Position numbers and translations under genes: made by a program. Shown in pieces: positions 58,715 to 64,000 of a stretch of DNA of 64,000 nucleotides (the stretch's first letter is position 1; each line of letters starts with the position of its first letter). Under the pieces are notes generated by a model, which saw only the letters and a list, made by a program, of their open reading frames with translations, was not told the origin of the DNA and did not search any database. Origin of the DNA: Candidatus Dormiibacterota bacterium (lineage in GTDB: Bacteria > Acidobacteriota > Terriglobia > Acidiferrales > UBA7541). The stretch lies in NCBI GenBank assembly GCA_035533775.1, contig DATLTA010000057.1, positions 2,836-66,835 of the forward strand. The letters run 5' to 3'.

Positions 58715-59533
58715 TCAGGGGAAAGTGATTCCCCAGATATTTTTTTTCGGGTCCAAAGCAAGAATGCCGACCTGGCCGGACTGCGGCGTACCCATCTCTC
58801 CGACCCACATCACGCGGAAAAGGGCGGATTGCCAGCGGCGTTTCAGCTGGATCGTGTCGCCTGGCGACGTCAAATGTCCGATATCCTGCACACGCGCACC
58901 ATGCCGGCTGACGTCAACCGCATACACGCTTTGAACGAACTTGTTGCCGTTGCGGTCCTCGCCCCGGACCGTGACCCGAATCTGCTTGAGAATTCTGAAT
59001 TCCCTGCGGGTGAGTCCCCAGAAATGAGGGGCTGGATGTTTGAAGGCGACCCCTACTTGCAACTTCCCCTGCACAACCGTCCCCAGATAGGCAACGCGGC
59101 ACTCCTGTTCCTGGTGCGTGCGCTTGTTGGCAACCATCACGGTGTCGCCCAATGCCAGCGGCGTGCTCAAAGTCAGCAGCCCGCCGTTGTTATTCACCAA
59201 CAAAGCGGTGGTTTCTTCATGAAAAATGTTTTCACCCCTGGAAGAGCTGGAGACCCATACAGGCACATGGAGAGAAATCCGCTTGCTGGAGCGCTGCTGC
59301 GGCGCGGGCCGATCCGATTCCTTCGCTTTCTTCCGCGGGGGATTCGGGCTGGCCGGCAAGCTCTTGCGCTTTGCTTCCAGGGGCATTTCCCGTTGAACGC
59401 CATGCACGGTGCACTCAAAATCCCAGGAGGTTCCCAGGATCTGGTCCAGAGTCTCATTCCGGTTCTCCAGCACCAACAGCTGTTCCTGGTCCCCGTAAGG
59501 GCATTTGAGCCGGACGATGTAGTCAGTGGCCAT
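58715..59533 (-). CDS. tandem PilZ-domain (c-di-GMP receptor-like) protein with an unknown 55-aa N-terminal domain
   Basis: Two RxxxR ... (D/N)xSxxG pairs: RSSKR...NNNGGL (degenerate) and RREFR...DVSRHG (canonical). Confidence 0.7.
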   Translation of the reverse strand: MATDYIVRLKCPYGDQEQLLVLENRNETLDQILGTSWDFECTVHGVQREMPLEAKRKSLPASPNPPRKKAKESDRPAPQQRSSKRISLHVPVWVSSSSRGENIFHEETTALLVNNNGGLLTLSTPLALGDTVMVANKRTHQEQECRVAYLGTVVQGKLQVGVAFKHPAPHFWGLTRREFRILKQIRVTVRGEDRNGNKFVQSVYAVDVSRHGARVQDIGHLTSPGDTIQLKRRWQSALFRVMWVGEMGTPQSGQVGILALDPKKNIWGITFP

Positions 59534-59879
59534 GTCGATCTCGGATAGTCGAGAAAACTCACTATCAAGATTAGGCCTTCCCAGCCCTGGCCGCCAGTAA
59601 CAACCGGCTTTCCGCGTCGGAAAGGTAAATCCTCAACGATCCGGATTGTCAAAAGACCCTGCATTGCTGCTGGTTGTACTGCAGCGCAAGCGGGAGCAGG
59701 CACGGAGCGGGGCAGTCGCGGGATTTTCCGGCAGGTCTTGTCCAGCAACGGTTCACAGACCATTTACACGCCATGCACAACTCATGGACACCTCATGCAC
59801 AGGTCAAAATTTCAGGGACCCGGCCCGATTTCTGAAAATCGCTCATGGGGGAAAATGACGCATTCCGGCTAATGCCGCG

Positions 59880-59888
59880 TGGTAGAAT
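59880..59888 (+). promoter_or_regulatory. extended -10 element TGGTAGAAT for the 60-aa ORF
   Basis: TGnTAGAAT 20 nt before the ATG, with GGAGG at 59896-59900. Confidence 0.5.
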
Positions 59889-59907
59889 CCAGCACGGAGG
59901 CCCCCAA

Positions 59908-60090
59908 ATGCAGCTGAATCTGACCGAGACAGACGCACGCACGCTTAAGGAATTTCTGCACGACCACTTTAAGGACCTTCAAATGGAAGTCGCGCGTACT
60001 GAGGCGAAGGATTTCCGTCACATGCTCCTGGCTCGACAGGACCTGATCGAGCGCCTGCTCAAGCAATTGGATCAAGAAGTTCCGGGATAA
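59908..60090 (+). CDS. 60-aa helical hypothetical protein
   Basis: Sequence MQLNLTETDARTLKEFLHDHFKDLQMEVARTEAKDFRHMLLARQDLIERLLKQLDQEVPG. GGAGG 7 nt upstream. It has its own promoter-like element and terminator. Confidence 0.6.
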   Translation: MQLNLTETDARTLKEFLHDHFKDLQMEVARTEAKDFRHMLLARQDLIERLLKQLDQEVPG

Positions 60091-60164
60091 TCCGGCTACT
60101 GGCAAAATATTACAGACTCCTGGAGCGCCCGTTGCCGGGCTCTCCAGGCTATAACTGATTTTGG

Positions 60165-60209
60165 CGCCCGCCTCTCGCCATTTTTCGAGCGGAGCGGGCG
60201 ATTTTTTTT
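60165..60209 (+). terminator. rho-independent terminator
   Basis: GC-rich interrupted stem CGCCCGCCTCTCG / CGAGCGGAGCGGGCG followed by T8. Confidence 0.75.
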
Positions 60210-60397
60210 GCCCGCGGCTGGCCGCAAGGCAGCGCACAGGATCGGAACGCATCACGGCACGCCCGACCCTTCTCCATTCTGAATTAACGCGGCCGGGAAG
60301 ACGGCGGCACGATGCTCTTGATTTGCTGATAGTTGGGATGATCTGTCGGAAATGCGCGCCGGCGAAGGCCGGGACCGTTGGAGGCAAAATCAGGCTG

Positions 60398-62215
60398 TCA
60401 GAGGCCGCCCTTCTTTTTTTCCAGCTCGGCCCAGCGGGCGTAGAGGCGATCCAAAGCGTCCTGCGCCTCTTCCATTGCGACGCAGGCATCCTTGAGAAGC
60501 TGAGGATCGCCGGTGACGGCGGGATCTTCCAGGGCGAGGCGTTTGGCTTCGAGTTGCGCGTCCGCCTCGGCGATGCGTTCCTCGATGTTTTCGAGGTCGC
60601 GAGACTCGACGTAGGTAAGCTTCTTTTTGGATGCGGCCGGGCGGGCTTCTCCCGGCGCAGGGGCGCGGCGCGTTCCGCTTGAAAAGTTGGCGGTGCCCTT
60701 CTGCCGCGAGCGCTGCCAGACATCCCACTGCGAGTAATCGGCAAAGCGTTCGGCGCCGCCCAGGCCATCGAGACCGAGCACAATGGTGGAGACACGATCC
60801 AGCATGTAGCGGTCATGCGTCACCAGCACTAGCGCGCCTCGAAATTCGAGCAGGCTTTCCTCCAGAATTTCCAGCGTGGGAATGTCCAGATCGTTGGTGG
60901 GCTCATCCAGCAGCAGCACGTCGGCAGGTTGCAGCATGAGCTGCGCGATCAGGACGCGAGCGCGCTCCCCGCCGGAAAGTTTGCCGACGGGCTGGCTGAG
61001 ATGCTCGGGATCGAAGAGAAATTTTGACGCCCAGGAAGCGACATGAATCACGCGATCCTGATAAATGACCGAATCGCTGTCCGGAGCAAGGGCGCGGCGC
61101 AGGCTGACGTCGGGATCCAGCTCGCGATTCTGGTCAAAGTAGACGATGCGCAGCGAATCGGCCTTGCGAATCTCTCCGCGCGTGGGCTGGATGTCGCCGC
61201 GCAGCAGGCGCAGCAGCGTCGTTTTGCCGCTTCCGTTCGGGCCCACCAATCCCACGCGCATGCCCGAAGTCACGGCAAAGTTTATGCCGTCGAACAGCGT
61301 GCGATCGCCGATCGCGTAGGTCAAATCTTCCATGGCGATCAGGCGCTTGGTCTGGCGGTCAGTCGCGGAAAAATCGATTTTCGCGGCGGAGGTGCGCGTC
61401 CTGGCGTTCAGGTCCGCCAACTCGCCGATCATTTCGTGCGCCGTATCGATGCGCGCCTTCGACTTGGTCGTCCTAGCCTTGGGGCCGCGGCGCAGCCATT
61501 CGATTTCCGTGTGCACGCGGTTCTCGAGCGATTCCTGCCGCTTGCGCTGCGCGTGCAGATACTCCTCTTTGGCCTCCAGGAAGGCGCTGTAGTTTCCGCC
61601 GACGCGCAGAAAACCATTCTCATACATGCGCGCCAACTCCACCACGGCGGTGGCGACGTTTTCCAGGAAATAGCGGTCGTGGCTGACCACGACGCAGGCA
61701 AACGGGGCATTTTGCAGCACCCCTTCCAGCCAGTTGATCCCGGCAAGATCCAAATGGTTGGTCGGCTCGTCCAACAGCAGAACATCCGGCGACTGAACCA
61801 GGCCTTCGACAATCGCGAGGCGCTTGCGCCAGCCGCCCGAAAGCGTCGCAGTGGGCGTATCGAGTTCGGTAAAACCGGCGCGCCCCAGCGGCGGGGCCAT
61901 GCGCGACGCCCGCTCCTTCTCCGGAACTCCCGCGCGGCCCATGGCCGCCTCGATCACGGACCGGATCGTCGCCCCGGGAGCAAATTCCGAATTCTGGGTG
62001 ACGCAGCTCATTCGCGTGCGCTTGCGAATCGCGACGTCCCCGGCATCCGGGAGCACGCGGCCGTACAGAATTTCCAGCAATGTCGATTTGCCAGACCCGT
62101 TCGGTCCAATCAGGCCGATGCGCTCGCCCTCGGAAACGGTGAATGAAATATCCTGAAAGAGCGGTTCGGCGCCGTATCGTTTGGAAAGTCCCTGTGCAGT
62201 GATGATCGGAGGCAA
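60398..62215 (-). CDS. ABC-F family ATPase (Uup/EttA-like translation or DNA-associated factor)
   Basis: Two ABC cassettes (GPNGSGKST and GPNGSGKTT, LSGGWRKRL and LSGGERARV), no TM domain, and a C-terminal basic region plus coiled coil. Confidence 0.9.
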   Translation of the reverse strand: MPPIITAQGLSKRYGAEPLFQDISFTVSEGERIGLIGPNGSGKSTLLEILYGRVLPDAGDVAIRKRTRMSCVTQNSEFAPGATIRSVIEAAMGRAGVPEKERASRMAPPLGRAGFTELDTPTATLSGGWRKRLAIVEGLVQSPDVLLLDEPTNHLDLAGINWLEGVLQNAPFACVVVSHDRYFLENVATAVVELARMYENGFLRVGGNYSAFLEAKEEYLHAQRKRQESLENRVHTEIEWLRRGPKARTTKSKARIDTAHEMIGELADLNARTRTSAAKIDFSATDRQTKRLIAMEDLTYAIGDRTLFDGINFAVTSGMRVGLVGPNGSGKTTLLRLLRGDIQPTRGEIRKADSLRIVYFDQNRELDPDVSLRRALAPDSDSVIYQDRVIHVASWASKFLFDPEHLSQPVGKLSGGERARVLIAQLMLQPADVLLLDEPTNDLDIPTLEILEESLLEFRGALVLVTHDRYMLDRVSTIVLGLDGLGGAERFADYSQWDVWQRSRQKGTANFSSGTRRAPAPGEARPAASKKKLTYVESRDLENIEERIAEADAQLEAKRLALEDPAVTGDPQLLKDACVAMEEAQDALDRLYARWAELEKKKGGL

Positions 62216-62331
62216 ATGACTCGGTTTTCTCCCGGAACCAGTTTAACGTGAAGGAGGGAAAGGAGCAAAACGCGCGGGCCATCAGCGTGCAATCCCAGAA
62301 TCCAACCTGCAGGCGCCGCACGAAATCCGCG

Positions 62332-62475
62332 CTAAAACCAGCCGCTGCGGTATGCCACCCACCAGCTCAAAGCGCCCAACGGAATCGTCGCTCCCACGCT
62401 CCACCAGAACGGCAACGCAACATCCGCCAGCAATCCCAATAACGTCCATGTAGTCCAGAAGATCTTCCGTTCCAT
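62332..62475 (-). CDS. possible 47-aa Trp-rich two-helix membrane mini-protein (not in the ORF track)
   Basis: Sequence MERKIFWTTWTLLGLLADVALPFWWSVGATIPLGALSWWVAYRSGWF. A TATAAT box ends 6 nt before the ATG, a leaderless-type layout. Confidence 0.35.
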   Translation of the reverse strand: MERKIFWTTWTLLGLLADVALPFWWSVGATIPLGALSWWVAYRSGWF

Positions 62476-62586
62476 CTTTTAATTATAAATCAAAGAACAA
62501 AATGCAGGAAAACGCGCAACACCGTGCAATACCAGAAGATAAACATCGACACAGTTCGCCGGGAGATAAACGGATGCCTGCAGCGG

Positions 62587-63033
62587 CTATTTCTGCTGGA
62601 TCGTTTCCAGATAGCGGATCAGGTTTTGCATGCGCACGTTGCCGAAATCCCGGTCATTCTCAATCTGGTGGAAAATCGGCCCCCAGACGGGCATTTCGCG
62701 GGAGCCATGCGTCACCAGCGAAGGTTCGTCGCCGGAAATAATTTTCCGCACGCGCTCGGCCGGAAATTTTCCCCTGTTCTTTTTTGCCAGGAGGGTCAAA
62801 TCGGGGACTTGGGCCTTCAACGCCGGCGCAACCGTTCCGCCACCTTTGCCGTCAAGCCCGTGGCAGGCTGCGCAGTGGGCGCGGTAAAGATCCGGCCCTT
62901 TCACGGAGTAGATCAGGCGCTCGTACTCTTTCAAGGAAACGGGTTTGCTCTGAGCCGCGGCGATTCCCATGGGAAACAAGAAGGAACCTACCGCCAAGCT
63001 GATCAGAAGCCGCAAGCCTACATGCATCCTCAT
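62587..63033 (-). CDS. class I c-type cytochrome (secreted)
   Basis: GAGGAGG 6 nt before the ATG. Signal peptide. Heme motif CAACH and distal Met in REMPVWG. Confidence 0.85.
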   Translation of the reverse strand: MRMHVGLRLLISLAVGSFLFPMGIAAAQSKPVSLKEYERLIYSVKGPDLYRAHCAACHGLDGKGGGTVAPALKAQVPDLTLLAKKNRGKFPAERVRKIISGDEPSLVTHGSREMPVWGPIFHQIENDRDFGNVRMQNLIRYLETIQQK

Positions 63034-63249
63034 TCTTCGCCTCCTCACGAACCCCGGATGACTGGTTGCAGATGCGCTGAATTGCCGAGGAACGCGTCCA
63101 CACACAACCGTGCGGCTGCGACAAACCGTTTGCGAAGCAGCATTTTACCTCACCGCTGCAGCCTGCAACGGAACCTGCACCGCAGCACATCACAGTGAGT
63201 TTTCATCGGCCAAAGTATTTCCGTTGGACCGGGAATATACGATTGCGGC

Positions 63250-63342
63250 TCAATGCCGCATGTGGCGCATACCTCCCCAGTGCGTGAAAAATAGAAGGCT
63301 GAGAATGAGCAACGCCATGAACAGAATGTCCTGGGTAACCAT
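63250..63342 (-). CDS. possible 30-aa single-TM mini-protein (not in the ORF track)
   Basis: Sequence MVTQDILFMALLILSLLFFTHWGGMRHMRH. AGGAGG Shine-Dalgarno 5 nt before the ATG. Confidence 0.4.
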   Translation of the reverse strand: MVTQDILFMALLILSLLFFTHWGGMRHMRH

Positions 63343-63454
63343 GACGCCCTCCTTTCACCATCCTCTCCAACTACCATTAGATTAACGCCCGGCAGCAGAT
63401 AGCGATGTGATGCGGAGTACATTCCGGCGTGATGGAGGTCACAGGGGGGATGAG

Positions 63455-63585
63455 GTAGAAGCTATCTCATAAATGCCCGCAGATGGTGCATGCTCCAAGA
63501 TTCAGGGCTATAAAACCCAGCTTTTCTTGCGATTTTAATGTCGCGGTTGAAGCCGCGACCCACGAAGCCCATTTATGAGATGGCT
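63455..63585. repeat. composite ~130-nt dispersed repeat, copy B
   Basis: Aligns to 32281-32412. Followed by more GTAG...CTAC-bounded stem-loops at 63646-63722. Confidence 0.8.
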
Positions 63586-63759
63586 TGGCTGTGTTGACAT
63601 CCTCTTCCATGCGTGCATTTCAGCTTCCCCGGCGGAGCCAAAGTTGTAGCTCCCCTGTTTCGATGCGAGGGTTTTTCGCACAAACGGACGGAAAAACCCC
63701 CGCGTCTGAAGAGGCGGGCTACAGCTGATTCTGCAACGGCAACGAGCCGGAAATTCCAC

Positions 63760-64000
63760 TTAGACCGGAGCGCGCATATCGCTGGACGTGCCGCCAGCGG
63801 CCGGGATGTAGCATTTCCGCGTGTAGTCCATAACCATGCGGTCGGCATTGAACCTCCAGCCGAGCGTGCGAATGGTGCGCTTCATGCGCTTGATCCAGCC
63901 GCGCGGCAAGCCATCGTGATCCCGGTGGTAGAAGAGCGGAATCACTTCCTCGCGAAGTACGCGGTACAGATCCTCGCCATCGCGCGTATCGTGAACGTCC
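63760..64000 (-). CDS. alpha-glucan phosphorylase family protein, C-terminal fragment (gene continues beyond the window)
   Basis: The frame is open to the window edge. The C-terminal block LYRVLREEVIPLFYHRDHDGLPRGWIKRMK...FNADRMVMDYTRKCYIP is typical of GT35 alpha-glucan phosphorylases. Confidence 0.75.
   Translation of the reverse strand, partial: DVHDTRDGEDLYRVLREEVIPLFYHRDHDGLPRGWIKRMKRTIRTLGWRFNADRMVMDYTRKCYIPAAGGTSSDMRAPV

Overview
About 60% GC chromosomal segment. I count roughly 55 protein genes and one tRNA. I saw no rRNA, CRISPR array, transposase or integrase. Gene content and protein style suggest an Acidobacteriota-type genome: CarboxypepD_reg-like secreted proteins, split gcvPA/gcvPB, pilMNOPQ and dense GC-rich CTGAAG-loop stem-loop repeats. 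That taxon call is inference only.

Most of the window is housekeeping:
- Glycogen genes: glgB is cut by the left edge, an alpha-glucan phosphorylase fragment is cut by the right edge, and there is a PGM-family gene.
- Other metabolism: gcvT-H-PA-PB, thiG, thiE, accB-accC, pepP, ilvE, a UbiD decarboxylase and a cytochrome c.
- Transport: an aquaporin, two APC permeases and an ABC-F ATPase.
- Cell structure and RNA modification: tsaE/nnr and pilMNOPQ.

The less ordinary parts are:
1. An insulated two-gene module: a 145-aa unknown protein plus a stand-alone Clp/Hsp100 D2-only AAA+ (22.3-24.0 kb).
2. A ChlI-like AAA+ with deviant Walker motifs, paired with an intact-MIDAS vWA protein (29.4-32.3 kb).
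3. A 1082-aa lipoprotein with four 276-bp tandem Ig-like repeats (34.2-37.5 kb).
4. Convergent to it, an 845-aa cytoplasmic protein whose only recognisable part is a class III nucleotide-cyclase-like domain with non-canonical specificity residues (37.6-40.2 kb).
5. Several small genes below the 60-aa ORF-track cutoff, notably a 58-aa, 11-Cys protein translationally coupled to an anti-sigma-kinase-like gene (17.05-17.23 kb).
6. A dispersed family of stem-loop repeats, including a ~130-nt composite element present at least 2.5 times.

All functional calls rest on motif recognition by eye. No database search was possible, so family names are provisional and start codons are best guesses. The many long Arg/Gly/Ala-rich ORFs antisense to real genes are GC-content artefacts and were not annotated.
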